Source: Podarcis muralis
Lineage: Eukaryota
Length of the DNA: 64,000 nt
Assembly (NCBI RefSeq): GCF_964188315.1
Contig: NC_135663.1
Location: forward strand, 43,338,001-43,402,000
Direction of reading: 5' to 3'
Part shown: in pieces, positions 48,935-62,777 of the stretch
Numbering within the stretch: the stretch's first letter is position 1
Layout of the letters: every line of letters begins with the position of its first letter
Notes under the pieces: generated by a model
The model's input: only the letters and a program-made list of their open reading frames with translations
What the model was told of the DNA's origin: nothing
The model's database searches: none
Program-made: the position numbers and the translations under genes

Positions 48935-50633
48935 TACTTAGTGATGCTGCCAAAACTCAAAATTAGTTCTAAGGTGAACCTTATATGTTTGTAATTCTGA
49001 AATGTATGACATGTCCTAACTTTGATCCAACGAACTGCAATATTTTCATAATTCAAATAGAGATTAATTGCAAGTTTATTTATTTATTTTTTAATATGGA
49101 CAGTCTGAATGTGTATTTGGAGGAAGGAGTCTTAAGTAAACCCAGTAAAATGAAGAAGTTCAAAACTTGAAACTACTAAATTTATTTTAAATGGCAAGAA
49201 TAAGTAATAAAACACTCTTTGATTATCTTTCTCAAACACAAAAATATTTTAGTACACAAATCATTGTGTATAATGTTGTGAATTGTGATGTTAAAATTTA
49301 AATCTTTTAAAAGTTTCAATTCCAGGCACATCAAAATCTCACTTTGTGTGCCTTTTCCTTTGCAAATTTTTGTCACCAGTGCTTTCAGGTCAAGTGCTGA
49401 TGCTTGGCCGTGTTCAACTGGTATAGTCGTGCTATTATTAATAAGCAAATCTATGCAAATTTTTATTAAAATTGACCTGGTTAGTCAACCAAAATTTGTT
49501 TTAATTGGATGACAGCCCTAAAGAAAATGACAATAAAGAGTCCAGCATGACTCAAAGCAGTAGCACTATTGTCCTCTGCCGTTCAAACAAATGGAAGGTG
49601 AGAAAAAGCCATAGTGGTTAAATGTTAATGCATAGTGTTTAGCCCCATGATTTGTGCATATTTGGTAGATCAAAACACATGGATCATCTTTTCTCTAAAG
49701 AAATGAGACACTGGCAGCTGATAGGCATCATTATAAAGCAGAGAGCTTACTGACAGAAAATGCTCTCCATCAGAGGAGCAGTGGAAAGGCTCTGCTGACA
49801 TTGCTGTAGGGAACTGAGAAATGAAAGGATCAATAAGAAGAAAGAGGAACATTAAATGTTAATGGTATCAATAATGCATGCCTACCCAGTGTTTCATCCA
49901 GAAAACCACCAAAACAATTTACATGCTTCTTCTACAGAGATCACTCAGTCATTGCAAAGTTTCAACCAACTCCAGATTGAAACTCCAAAGTACAACAGAA
50001 AAATAAAAAAAGCTGTTGTTTCTAGGAAGCAGAAATATCAATGAACATTACAGGGATCCTGCTGGATCAAGTCAAAGCATCATCTAGTCTAGCATTCTGT
50101 TCTCATAATGACCAGTCAGGTGCCTATGGTAAGCCCTTAAGGAATGGACACAACAACATCTTCCCGTCCTCTGAATCCCAGCAGCTAGTTTGTAATACTG
50201 TTGAAATGTTTTGAATGTATATAGTTTGTATTTGCAATATTGTATTTGTATGTATCTGTCCATTCTTGGGAGCCTTTTCGGCTGAAAGTCACTATATAAA
50301 TAAAACAGTAACACAACTTAACAACTGGTATTCTGAGGTATATTGCTTCTTGACATTGGAACCTTATCCACCATAGTTTAAGACCCTTTCGGAAACTTGT
50401 TTAAATATGCACTTTTGGTAATAACAGAAGAAATTTTCACAGGGGAAAAAATAGCACTTACAAATGTTTTAGCCATAAATCAATTGGTCACTGAAACTAT
50501 TTCAAAGAATATTGTTTGCCCCCTTAAGTTTTATGTCAGATTGTCATGAGAAGTTTCAGAAGATGCCACATTCTGCTGCCCTGATACCATTGTGCTGGGA
50601 CACTAGTAATAATGTGATGAAATTGAGGCAGAT

Positions 50634-50764
50634 NNNNNNNNNNNNNNNNNNNNNNNNNNNNNNNNNNNNNNNNNNNNNNNNNNNNNNNNNNNNNNNNNNN
50701 NNNNNNNNNNNNNNNNNNNNNNNNNNNNNNNNNNNNNNNNNNNNNNNNNNNNNNNNNNNNNNNN
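50634..50764. other. Assembly gap (131 N)
   Basis: N run. Confidence 1.
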
Positions 50765-51388
50765 TACAAATATCTCAAGACATAAACCCTAATTTCTAGG
50801 GGCAGCTGACTGTGTTTGGGGCCTTAACTGGATTTGACTGGGCTTTGTGTATAAGGGAGTGCCATGTTGTCACTTACTTGTTATGCAATGAATGTACTGT
50901 CTATGTACCTGTGCCCACCATAGCTGAGCCGTACAATTTCATATAAACACTTCAGTCCATGTAAAAACAGCTTGTACCAATGTTCAGTGTAACATGTAAA
51001 GAAGTGTTTAGGAAGAATGAGAAAATGAACTAAGTCTGTGGCAGAAAGATAATGCAAGAACAAGGTAATACTATTCTACTGCTTTGTTCTGAGGTGATGG
51101 CTCTGAAACCTTATGATATATTACATTGTCAGAAAATAAAACGACCAATTTACCTTTCTTCTTCTGCCAACTGACTGGAAAGGGATCTGCACCCTGGTGA
51201 GACATAATGGCTTCCGTGGAATGTGTTGTTTATCCTCCTGTTATATTAGAGATGATAATTCAACATGCCACTGGCTCTGTCAGCAAAGATCATTCAATTT
51301 AATAAGGAAAACAACATTCTGCACTCACTTATGTTCAGTGTTATCTTAGAAATGATTAATGATCAGGAAAGTGCAAGATCAAAGCTTG

Positions 51389-51430
<42 letters not shown>

Positions 51431-54400
51431 TGGGAAGGGGAAGGAATTAAGATTTCATACTCATCATTCAGAGAGTCACTCTGATGATTGCATACAACAA
51501 AAAGACAACAACAAGATAATCATCTGAGGATCCATGAAGTCTGATCTCTTTTTAAAAAATGTAGCTGTTACTGAATGCAATTGCTTGATGCATCAAGCAT
51601 CTTCACTGTATAGCTTTTGTCATATGCTGAAGAATGAACCAGGCCTTTGACAGTTAAGGTATTTTTGTGAGGCTTATCCCTTCTGCCTTACGTAATTTAT
51701 ACTGTGCTGTTTTTGCTTGGAATGGTTTTTATAACACATATAAGATGTTTTGCTTCTCTTACATGTTTTTAACTTTGAGTTTATATTTCTGTAACCCACC
51801 CTGAGACCTTATGGTGAAGGGAGGGTAAGAAATTCTACAAGTAAATAAAAGAAAAATGAAATAAATATGTCCGTTTTAATATGCTCAGGTTAACTCTGGT
51901 ATTCAAAATAAATTTTGTTTCATTTTATTCTCCATCAGTGGTATGTTGCTTTTCTACATGAAGAAAATATGTTCAACTCACAGAAGGGCTGAATTGCAAT
52001 TTTACTAGAGTTTTACACATAGCCTGTGCTGAAGTTTGTGTAGCCACTATTTTATTTGTACCTCAGTGATGACCTTATTCAGAACCTCAGGGCACGTCTT
52101 TGAGTATCATTTTAAGCAGGTCTTTCAATTATTGAACTTGTGAAATTTTCTCTTGATTGCACTGCTGCTATTAATTATTTGTATTTTAATTTGTTTTGCA
52201 ACTATTTAAAAATTCTAAACTGCTCTCAAAATTGTCAGAGTGATAAAAATATTTGTAATAAATAAATGGCTTCTTTTTCATTTTGTGGTTTTGTTTCTGA
52301 CCAGACTGACATTTTGCAGTGTATTTGGGGTGTAAGGTGATAATGACTTGAAATGTTGCTCATTAAAATTCAAGTCTGGGTGAAGAAGAGCATTGAGCAA
52401 AGATGTTTTATCAGTGAGACTCAAAATATTGATTAAAATAGTAAGTGTAGAAAAAATGAGAAGACAGGAAGATACTACAGCAAGCATAATATATTCATAG
52501 AGTACTAATTAAGAATGCCCACCAGATAAGCCATGCTTAGTCTGTTAGAAATTTTAATATTTAAAGCAGAACTTTAAATTAATGATATTGCCAAAGTCCA
52601 TAATTACCTGGTTCAGAATATGAATTTGACAAGCTCACCAGTGCAGACTGGTTACGAAGGCAACTGGGGTACAACCCTTCCAATGTACAGCTAAATGGTA
52701 AGCAGTTTTTAAATAAAAAACCTCCCCTTTAAATCTCAAAGCCACACACAGTCTTTCCTGTTCCACACACATTTTCAGCTTCTGTTTGAACACAGAGAAA
52801 CTCTGTAAACATTTCTGCCAATCTCCTATTCTCTGGCCAATCAGGCTTCTGCAGAAACCCAGCCAACCCCAGTCCAAAAGTACAGCTATGGCAGAGTCCC
52901 TCTAATGTGTCTTTAAGCAGAAAAAAAACATGTGGCTGATTGGACTGTCTAAAAGTCAGCCCTGCTACACTCCATTTGTTGTTATGATGCCTATCCTGCA
53001 CAGCCACTATTAGTGAGGAGTCAGGACTGTTTCAATAACAGCCTCACATGATAGTATTGGACTATTTCATAATCATATCTTTGTTCCAAGCATGCTCAGA
53101 ACTGGAAGGCACATCTACCCAGCCAGGCCTGATGAGTGCCCCTGTTCTGTAATCACCCTTGCTATTTGTTTCTTTTTCTTCCACTGCCTTTTGTGTAAGG
53201 GGAAAAGAGGAGGAGATAACCAGAACTGGCCACACCCCTGTGACCCATGACTTCTTAACAGCCCTGTCAAGTCCAGTGAACACTGGGCATCACTGCAGCT
53301 CACAATACGTAGATGTATTGCTCTCAAGGTTCACCTCTGCCCAGACCTGGGATCTAAGGCTCACTGGAGGAGGAACAGGGCAGCAGGGCAGCCCAGCCAA
53401 GCCCTGTACTGCAAGCAACTCTGAGGAACTGTTGGATTCAGATATTCCTGCCCCAGGCCTCAACACCAACTATCTGGTTTCCTTGCAGCTCTGTGTTACT
53501 ACAGTAGTGAGCACTTTGGCCATTGGAGAAATTCCCAGTTAGTTTTGTGTTCCTCTACTTGGGTGTTGGGGAAAACACTCATAAATATCTTCTCTATCCA
53601 ACCAAGGAGCCTTATATTTGATGAATGTCTTCTCTATTTGGTTCAGTTCTCTCCATTGTGTTTTGTTGTCCAGATCTCCTCTCTTGGGTGGGTTGCTTTC
53701 AAAGAGGGGGACTATTGAATCTGACAGTTTCCAAGGCAATAAATGTTGCATGCACTTGACACAGGCTGACGTTTTTTAGAAGCTAGAAGAAAACTCTTAG
53801 GAATATGACAAAGGTGTTTTGTTTTTTACCCCTCTTAGATATTTTTCCCCCCAAGAAAGCTCATATATGCCGAGCTGATTCCAAATTCAGCAGAAGGAAC
53901 TTCACCAACCATTATTTTAAATTGAATTTCCCTCATAAAGTGTACTTGCAGCAATCCCGAGCAGTGCATTATGATCCTGGGATGTGGCAAAGTTATCTCT
54001 GTTCAATATTAGATCAGCTGCCAAAGTAGCAAAGAGTTTATTAAAATGGCTGCATTTCAAAGTGATTTACCAGGATATGAATACAAGTCTCAACAGCTGA
54101 GACACATCACTGTTCAAAAGTATTGCACAGAGCACAAGGAAATATATCTGCTAAAAGTTTGTCCCAGCCTCTTCAGTATTCTCAGTGTGTGTTGAGAGCT
54201 TGGGATGAATAAAACAAACAAATGTTCAGCTCTTTTAAATTGAGATTGAAGGCATTCAGAATGACAGAAATTTGTTGGGGAAAGAGAATAGTTTGAATGT
54301 TGTCCTTCATGAGCTCCACAAACTACTGAGAAAAGCAAATGGAGCAGAGAGTCTTGCTTCCTCTGGGAGTACGGATGATCAGGTAACAGCTGAGATGTCT

Positions 54401-54754
54401 GTGTGCAAAGATGATTTTTGCTGATGTATTATTTAATGAAGAATACTTTGGTCTCTTCATCTGTAAAGGTTGTTTAGTAGATGAGCTTGGGGAAAAACAA
54501 GGCTGAAATCCTGTGCTCACTTACCTGGGAGTAAACATAATGACACCTTGTTCCAAGTCTACAGGTATAGGATTGTACTGTAAATAAATCAGTTGTCAAT
54601 CATTAAAGTATTTACAGAGCTGGGTATACTTTTTTAAAAGAAATGTTTTCAGATTAAACAGTCCTATCAGTACCCCAGCCAAAGAAAATTGGGAGCTAGA
54701 TGCCTCCTTTATCTACAGGAGATTGGGGTAAAGACACGGGCCTGGCTGGGACAT

Positions 54755-55265
54755 AAAGGTAAAAGGTAAAGGTACCCCTGACTATTAGGTCCAGTCGCGG
54801 ATGACTCTGGGGTTGCGGTGCTCATCTCACTCTATAGGCAGAGGGAGCGGGCATTTGTCCGCAGACAGCTTCTGGGTCATGTGGACAGCATGACTAAGCC
54901 ACTTCTGGCGAACCAGAACAGCACACGAAAACATTGTTTACCTTCCTGCCAGAGTGGTACCTATTTATCTACTTGCACTTGACGTGCTTTTGAACTGCTA
55001 GGTGGGCAGGAGCTGGGACTTAACAACGGGAGCTCACCCCGTTGCGGGGATTTGAACTGCCGACCTTCTGATCAGCAAGCCTTAGGCTCTGTGGTCTAGA
55101 CCAGTGTTTCCCAACCTTGTGCCTCCAGCTGTTTTTGAACTACAACTCCCATCATCCCTGACTAGCAAGACCAGTGGCAAGGGATGATGGGAATTGTAGT
55201 CCAAAAACAGCTGGAGGCACAAGGTTGGGAAACACTGGTCTAGACCACAGTGCCACCCACCGGGA
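54755..55265 (-). mobile_element. Sauria SINE interrupted by a hAT MITE
   Basis: The SINE sequence resumes exactly after the insertion; GGGACATA at both flanks. Confidence 0.92.
55102..55237. mobile_element. 136-bp palindromic hAT (Charlie-type) MITE
   Basis: TIR CAGTGTTTCCCAACC; 8-bp TSD GTCTAGAC (55094-55101, 55238-55245). Confidence 0.93.
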
Positions 55266-55766
55266 CATAGGCAATAATAAAAGAGCAGTTCAAAAATAAA
55301 AATAAGTGATGCCTCACTTGATGTAAAAAATGGGACTCTGAATCCCTTAAGTCCATGATGGGTCAGAAAAAAAAAATGGATGGAGACTGGATCCAATGGA
55401 AAGCAAGGAAGATATTTATTCTTCTATGGCAACAGAGTTCCCTCCCCTCCTTCCAAGGAGGGAGAGACGCAAGCCTGGCCATAATGCAGGCATATCAGCG
55501 TATTGTAAGTGCTTTCTCTACAGTTGTAGAATTCCTTTTCCCCTGAGATTCACCAAATCTGAGATCTTAGTCTAGATTTAGGCATTGTGATCAAGACTTC
55601 TTTTATTAAGCTGGCTGAAAGTGCTTGCTCATTTGTGACGCCACGTTTCAGTTAGGCAGAGAATGGGAGAATGTTTATTATTATTATTATTACTTATATT
55701 GTTTTATTATTCTCTACTTTGAGAAAGTATAATCGAAAAGAGGTGCCAGACTTCAAAGTGCCAGAC

Positions 55767-55813
<47 letters not shown>

Positions 55814-55860
55814 GTACACCACCCTATACCCACAGGTCTCAAGGTGGTTCACAGGTTTTA
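55767..55860 (-). repeat. (AAC)n microsatellite attached to an L2-like 3' end
   Basis: The reverse complement reads GTGAACCACCTTGAGACCTGTGGGTATAGGGTGGTGTACAA followed by (ACA)n. Confidence 0.75.
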
Positions 55861-56010
55861 GTAGCTCATACCTGGGTACTTCAATTTAAAGAAGAATCCA
55901 AAAGTTGTCAAAGCATTGAGTGTGTTCTGTTTTGGCAACAATACCAGACATATAGGGATTCTTATTCAAAGTAAGTGTTCACTTTGGGGTAAGCAGAGCA
56001 AAGCAAAGTA

Positions 56011-56236
56011 CAGTGGTACCTCGGGTTAAGTACTTAATTCGTTCCGGAGGTCCGTTTTTAACCTGAAACTGTTATTAACCTGAAGCACCACTTTAGCTAA
56101 TGCAGCCTCCCGCTGCCACTGCACCAAAGGAGCACGATTTCTGTTCTCATCCTGAGGCAAAGTTCTTAACCCGAGGTACTATTTCTGGGTTAGCGGAGTC
56201 TGTAACCTGAAGCGTATGTAACCCGAGGTACCACTG
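56011..56236 (+). mobile_element. Tc1/mariner (Tigger-like) MITE
   Basis: Perfect TIR CAGTGGTACCTCGGGTTA with TA flanks. Confidence 0.9.
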
Positions 56237-58109
56237 TACGTCTACATCTAGGCTTGCCTTCAGCAGTACCTTGGACAGCTCCATGAAGGGGTAAGAAAGA
56301 AAGCTCCATAAGAACAAAGCTCAATTTTTGCTTCAGCAGCACCTCTGAGCTTTAAATTGGAGTCACAGCTCTATTTGAGTATCTAGGTCCCCTTTCTGTG
56401 AGAAACGGGCCCTGTCTCCTTTAAGCAGCTGTCAGCTTTAACAGAACAGCAGGGACTGTGGTTTGACTGTAGTTTTCGAGCTGGTGTGCTTAAAGTCAGA
56501 GGAGGGCAACAGAACGGACACAATGAACTCCTCTTCCACGTGCGCTTCTAGGTTAGCACTGACAACTGGGGCTGGCTCTGTGGACAGAGGCAAAATTCAC
56601 TCAGAATCCCCAGCCTCATTCCACAAAGAGTCTGACCTCTGGATCATGACAACACTTCCAATCATGGCCAGCTTCCTGTGTGTGTGAGAACCCTACTTAC
56701 ACTGTGTCAGGTCAGATGGTTTTGTAAAACATGAAATGAATGCTTATTTCTTTACCCAGTCCACTAGTTGCCCAATGTTGCCTGAATACGTACCCCTGCA
56801 TTGCGCCATCTTTTGTTTATTATAATTAGTCGAGAGTTGCCGGCAAAATTCAGGCAAATCGCCTAATGATATGCTTGCTTTATAATGGATGATGACAGTC
56901 AAATGAAAAGTAGAAGAGTGAACCTAACAGAAATAAATAAATTTGATGAAGCTTGACCAATTCAGGCCAGTTTGCCATGGATGGAGGTCAGGAAGTCAAA
57001 TTAGGTGACAGTAACATAGGATTATAACATCCTAAAGTACAATTCAAGTGTTTGAACAAGGCATGAAGAGATCAGTCCATTTCAGAAGTCTTCATTCCTA
57101 AACCCATCCCATTCCATTTCTATGCAGATTTGCATTGTTAAGCACACATAAATTTTAATATTTATTGTTTTTGAATTTACTCTGCCACAAAACACACATT
57201 TCTAACAATATTTTCTCTCTCTCAGAGTGTGCATTTTTAAATGTATTCTAAAAACAACATTTTCAATGCATTTTCTGAAGAGAGAATGACATTGTAAAAT
57301 TCAAAGAAGTGTGAAAATCAAAATGATAGTGATATATGTTTCTCCATGTTAGTCCAACAGGTGCAGATCAGAGCAGTTCATCTCAGAATTCACAAAGAAT
57401 CTCTCCCTCAATCATCCCTACTTTGAACTACATCCTTCTGTCTTCAAGTATGCATCTTCAAAGAATTCTTTTTAAAAGTTTTAAATATATAAGTATAAGA
57501 AAAAAGCAACACATTGAAATCATATTCACCTTACTTCAAATGTCTTCACCCTTCAATTCTACAGCTTTATCAAACATTATTTTCAGAATGTTATTTATTC
57601 TTTGAGACAGCCTTGCAAATAATTGCCGCGATAGCCACACACACACACAACTTATCTATCAACAGTTGGTCCCATTGGGACTGGTAGAGCAGAAGGCAGG
57701 GAGAGCAAATATAGGACTACAGGGTCAGCTTGCCCCCTGGGTACCTGGCTGTCTTCATACTGACCTAAAGGGCTAACATCCTTGAGGCAGAAAAGAGAAT
57801 AGAGAACAATGTCTTCAGTTTCAGATGGGAGACGTTTCTCCCAGCTTACTCGCTGTCTACCACCCACTGTTGCTTAGCTGTGTGAACAGAGTGGCTTCTC
57901 CTTCAATGTTTAATTAAACACTTCAACATGGAGGGTTGTATCCAGTGTTAGTCCTACTCAGAGTAGATCCATTGAGATCATTAGGCATGACTAATTCGAT
58001 CCATTAATTTCAGTGGGTCTACACTGAGTATAACTTAGTGGAGTACAATGCAGGCTTCGTAGTGACTTACAAATAGTTGAACATTGACTTCCCCAAACTC
58101 TATACAGTA

Positions 58110-58350
58110 CAGTGGTACCTCAGTTTAAGAACAGTCCTGTTTATGACCAATTCGGTTTATGACCTCCGCAAAACTGGAAGTAGTGTCCCGGTTTGTGAAC
58201 TTTATCTCGGTCTAAGAACAGAATCCAAATGGTGGAAAGGCACCGGCAGCAGGAGGCCTCGTTAGGGAAAGCGCTCCTTGGTTTGAGAACAGTTTTGGTT
58301 TAAGAATGGACTTCCAGAAGGGATTAAGTTTGTAAACTGAGGTACCACTG
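58110..58350. mobile_element. Tc1/mariner (Tigger-like) MITE, related family
   Basis: TIR CAGTGGTACCTCAGTTTA with TA flanks. Confidence 0.85.
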
Positions 58351-59628
58351 TAGTGGAATGGAACAAAGGTTGCCAAACAAAGAATTCCATGGGATTATGA
58401 AAGTCTGATGGTATATCTATCCTATATGGCTTCAGAGAAATAGCAGGGCATGTCAGCCAATATGCAAAAGAACTAAATCAATATTAAGGGAATAGTAATG
58501 AAGTGAAGGGAGTTTTTCAACAGAACCCCACCAGAATGCTTAAGAAACCCAGTTTGACATTTTGCTGCATTTTAATTTAAAGTGAGTGGCAACAGCATAT
58601 GGAGAATTACAAGCCAAGATGGACAAACAAATCCAATGAGAAAAATCAGACAGATTTTTTTATATCAAATGTAGCATCTCTCTCTCTCTCTCTATCGTTG
58701 ACATGCATTCATTTATTGTTTTGAAAGAATCCATCCTATCATGCTACTACAAGACAGTTTCTTTGAATAAAAAAAAAAACAGGAATATGTTTTAGACAGT
58801 GCACAACCGTCTTCATCAGTATTCTAATTAAATCAGGGAAAAGCCCAGGGGGTATCATAAATTATCAGCAATTCTTGATAATGTTTTCATTAATTCCTGT
58901 CTTAATACAATGTAAAAAAAAAAAAATCAACTTCAATGTTCCTGGGACTAGAACAATTCTGATCACTCCAAAAGGAAAAAGAAGAAATGAAACAATCTGC
59001 CAATCAAACTTCGGTAGCTGAAAAATGAAATACTTTTCTCTAGCAGAAATGAGAACAGAATAGATACACTTTCCTCTGCAGCAGAAGACATAAGTCATGT
59101 TCAGTCATTTCTTTGCAGATATGAATGTGTGGCAAAAGAATTGGGGTCATTCCCACTTTTTCCATCTTTAACCTGCATGCCTTCGCAGGGCCATTTGCAC
59201 AGGAGCTACTGAGACCCTTGATCCCCTAGTCAGGTGTTTATCTACACAAAAATGAACAAGAACTCCTTTTGCTGGCATCATGGTGTATATGACTCATTTT
59301 TATGAGAGCAGCTGGAGGGCAGAATCCAAAATGTCTTGCCACATTAAAAAAGTCTCTTTTGTGAATCTCAATAACATATATATTATATGTATACGTGCAC
59401 ATATCGATAGAATCGTATACATATAATGTTATGTGTGTATTCATTCCTTTTATACAGATGCAGTTCTTACACTTCATTTAAGATGAAATGTCTATTGTCC
59501 AAGGATAATAAATAAATACATAAAGGGGGAGGAATCTAAATGGATCCAATTGCTCTTGTGGTTAACACAAAATAGAACTAATATGTTCTAGAATACCATT
59601 TCTTAATCTGACCTTGAGACAGTTGAAG

Positions 59629-59629
<1 letters not shown>

Positions 59630-59684
<55 letters not shown>
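59630..59684 (+). repeat. (TTTC)n microsatellite
   Basis: Direct reading. Confidence 0.97.
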
Positions 59685-60234
59685 TTCACCTGAATTTAAT
59701 GATGTCTGAGCTCATTTCCTATGCTGACTGGGGAACATTGGTCTTCTTTTCTTTGACAACAGAGCTAAGGCCATTTCCTGGAAGGTAAATATCACTCTGG
59801 AGCTGCAGAGGTGATTCATGCATGATGGCTGCACTGCTTGCCTTTGCAGATATAAATTTGAGAGAAGGCAAAGAGTACTTTGAGGAGAGATGGGCACAGT
59901 TAGAAACAACCCCATATCTCCAGACTTTATTTTTCAGCGCACTCCTATACATGCCTATTAGAACTAAGTCCCACTGAGGACAATGGTGGTTTCTCACATG
60001 TATAGAATTTCAGCTGATGCTTATCCCTCAAAAATCATAAGGAAGATGGAATAATTATTGCACAAATTCAGTAGTTCCTTCTCTCTGCCCTCTGCCCTCC
60101 AAGTTCTAAAAGAAACCAATAGTAGAGGAAAGAATATGTCTAGGTCACTTGGAAGGCCCTCATTATTAACCATATATAACATTATGACTGCAGCACAGAT
60201 AACAGGAAGATTATGCTCTGATTATTTTCTCTAA

Positions 60235-60350
60235 AGCAGGGTTCCCCAGTACGGTGCCTTCCAGATGTTTTGGACTACTACTCCCATAATCCCTGACTAT
60301 TGGCTATGCTAGCTGAGATTGATGGGAGTTTGTGTCTAACAACATCTGGA
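60235..60350. mobile_element. Decayed palindromic hAT MITE
   Basis: CCAGATGTTTTGGACTAC.ACTCCCAT...GATGGGAGTT.G.GTC.AACAACATCTGG; related to 55102-55237. Confidence 0.7.
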
Positions 60351-61008
60351 ATTTACCATATTGCAGAAAGCTGCTGTGAAGCTCTTGTTGCAGCCACATC
60401 ACCGGAGGTCATTTGCCACATGATGTCCAGCACAACTGCTCTTCCTCTTCTGGCAAATTCTTGGCAAATGAAGAATGGACCATAACTTCTCTGTAAATAG
60501 AACATGTCTTTTTTAGAGGGGAAAAATGCAAACCCCAAAAGAATGCTATGGATTGTTTGTTTTGTGCTGCAAACCACCAACACATTGGTGCATCTTGGTA
60601 CATATATTTTTATATCTCCAATATTCTGCATATTCTGCTAGATTCTGAATTGAAGCTAATTTATGTGATGTGGAAAGCTCATGCAACTTCTTGATAATGG
60701 AACATTTTCAAGAAAACATCAAATGCCTTGTTACTGCAGACATTGCAGAAGTTGATGTAGGCAGTGCGCTGTATCTTTTGGTTCCTGGAAGTGTTCCCCC
60801 TCTCCTCCCCCCCACTTGCCATTGTCTGTTTTGTGGAAATGAAGTACAACCTTAAGAATCAAATCTGCTTTGGCAATAGTCCCTGAGGCTATTGATTCTG
60901 CCATCATGCTCAGAGGCACATGAAAAATAATAGATGTTGAAGTAATTGCCAATGGAAATATTGGGTTTAGATGTTAGATTTTCAACATTCAGCTGATGAA
61001 TTATGCAA

Positions 61009-61011
<3 letters not shown>

Positions 61012-61060
<49 letters not shown>
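61012..61060 (+). repeat. (GA)n microsatellite
   Basis: Direct reading. Confidence 0.97.
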
Positions 61061-61063
<3 letters not shown>

Positions 61064-62777
61064 AAAATCATGCTGTCTCCTCTTTTCCAGCCATACATAT
61101 GGAAGCATAAAAGGCTCTTGAAATATCATTGTCCAAAAGGACATAGGATAATGCAGCCTGTTGCCAAATTGCAGGTTTAATGGGGTGGAATTTTCATCCT
61201 GTTTTGATTCACTATAATAATGAGAATCACAACAGGAAACAAGCCAGGTGTCTTGTCTAAAATGATAGAAAAGGCATTTTCACTTGCGAAGGCTAGAAGA
61301 CTTGACTGGCATTTCAAAACAATTTTTTTTCCTCCTGTCTCCAATCTAGAAGGTAAGTACAAACACTTTACCCAAGGATTGGCATCACATACAAGCCTAA
61401 TTGGAAGAGACAGAAGTGTGTGTATGCTGGGTGCATAGCCACTTACGGAGGTTGCTAGAATGGGCCCAGGGAAGAAATGCAGAGCAGCACGATTGATTGC
61501 TTCAACCAGTTGAGTCTTACTAATGGGATGGAACCTGTTGCTCCCAAGATTTGTCCCTGCCCAAATGTCAAACTAAAGTAACATACCTCTGTGAAAACTT
61601 TGTTGTTTTCTTTTTATTCAAGGATCTGGCAACTAAGCCAACACTTCATGTTCCTCTCAGAACAGTATCTGCAAGAGGAAAAAGGAGGTTCACCGTATTA
61701 TGAAAGATTCATCATAGTTTTAAAGTTGTTCCTCACACAGTCATTTGCAATCCTGCATTATCTCATCTCTCCACCTTCAGAAAACTTTTGAAAGGTAGTC
61801 TCATTAGGATATTTAGACGAGCCTTGCTGGGTCAAGCCAATGGCCCATCTAGACCATCCTATTTTCAGAATAGCCAACCAAATGCCCATGGAAAGCCCGA
61901 AAGCAGGTCTTGAGTGCAACAATACTCTCTGCCTGTTTCCAGCAATTGGCATTCAGTGGCATAACTCCCTCTAACTGTGCAGGTACGCCTCTTGCACACA
62001 GCTGGTTATCAGCAAAATTTAACACAAGAATGCCAGCTTTATATCCATTGTTGCATTGCTGGAGTGGGATAGAATTCATCTGACAGTCCACCGTACTAAG
62101 ATTGTATACCTAAATATATTTGCGGTTCACTGCTTCAGTTTAAAATAAAATAAAGCACAGAGCCTCTTTAGAGTTGGAAACTTTAGGGGGGAAGTAGTTC
62201 AAAGTCTTGATAAATCAGCCAAATGATGCAATGCAATGCCTTAATGACAACAATGAAATGCGGGAAGGGGTTATAGCCAAGTAAATCATACTCAGAGATC
62301 AATGGTCATGACTAATGGGTTTACTCTGTGTTTGCATTATTTGGATACAATCCTAGGGAACTGAAATGTACCAAATAAAAGAATTTCTATTATTACCTGG
62401 CCACATGGGGAGCTTTGTATATTCATTTACCAGACATTTGGGGCTCTTTCCTTCATTCATATATTCATATATATGTATTCATATTTCATTCATTCACATA
62501 GAAGGGAACCTGGAAAATCGAAAACATCTATTTTTAACAGTATGCTTCCAGTTAATAATGCAAGCAAAAAGCAACACCCCCATAGACATTATTATTGTAT
62601 ACTGTTAAATTTTTCTGGCTATCTGTTAGCCATGGTTAGGCTGAATTGAGTCTATTTTATGTCATGTTAATGTTATGAGATGGCTGAATTATTATTTATT
62701 TATTATTTGCTCAACAGAAAGACTTGTTTGCTCAATATGCTCTGTAAGTAGGAGCTGTATCAGTTACACAGTAGAAC

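Noticed and set aside
50992-51012. ATGTAAAGAAGTGT resembling miR-1/206
   Set aside because: The seed region does not match and there is no flanking hairpin arm.
975-55265. Six of seven Sauria SINEs on the minus strand as evidence of a plus-strand host gene
   Set aside because: The sample is too small (two-sided binomial p = 0.125), and other repeat classes occur on both strands.
4118-55766. Short local tandem duplications (e.g. ~4118, ~35465, ~37893, ~55743)
   Set aside because: These are ordinary 12-16 bp slippage duplications with no shared motif.
59119-59150. Acceptor followed by YECVAKELG, resembling an Ig-domain F strand
   Set aside because: It lacks the conserved N of YxCxAxNxxG, has no good donor, and no partner exon was found.
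61320-61350. Possible 3-nt microexon (pyrimidine tract-AG|AAG|GTAAGT)
   Set aside because: Such motifs arise by chance in 64 kb, and there is no host gene context to support it.
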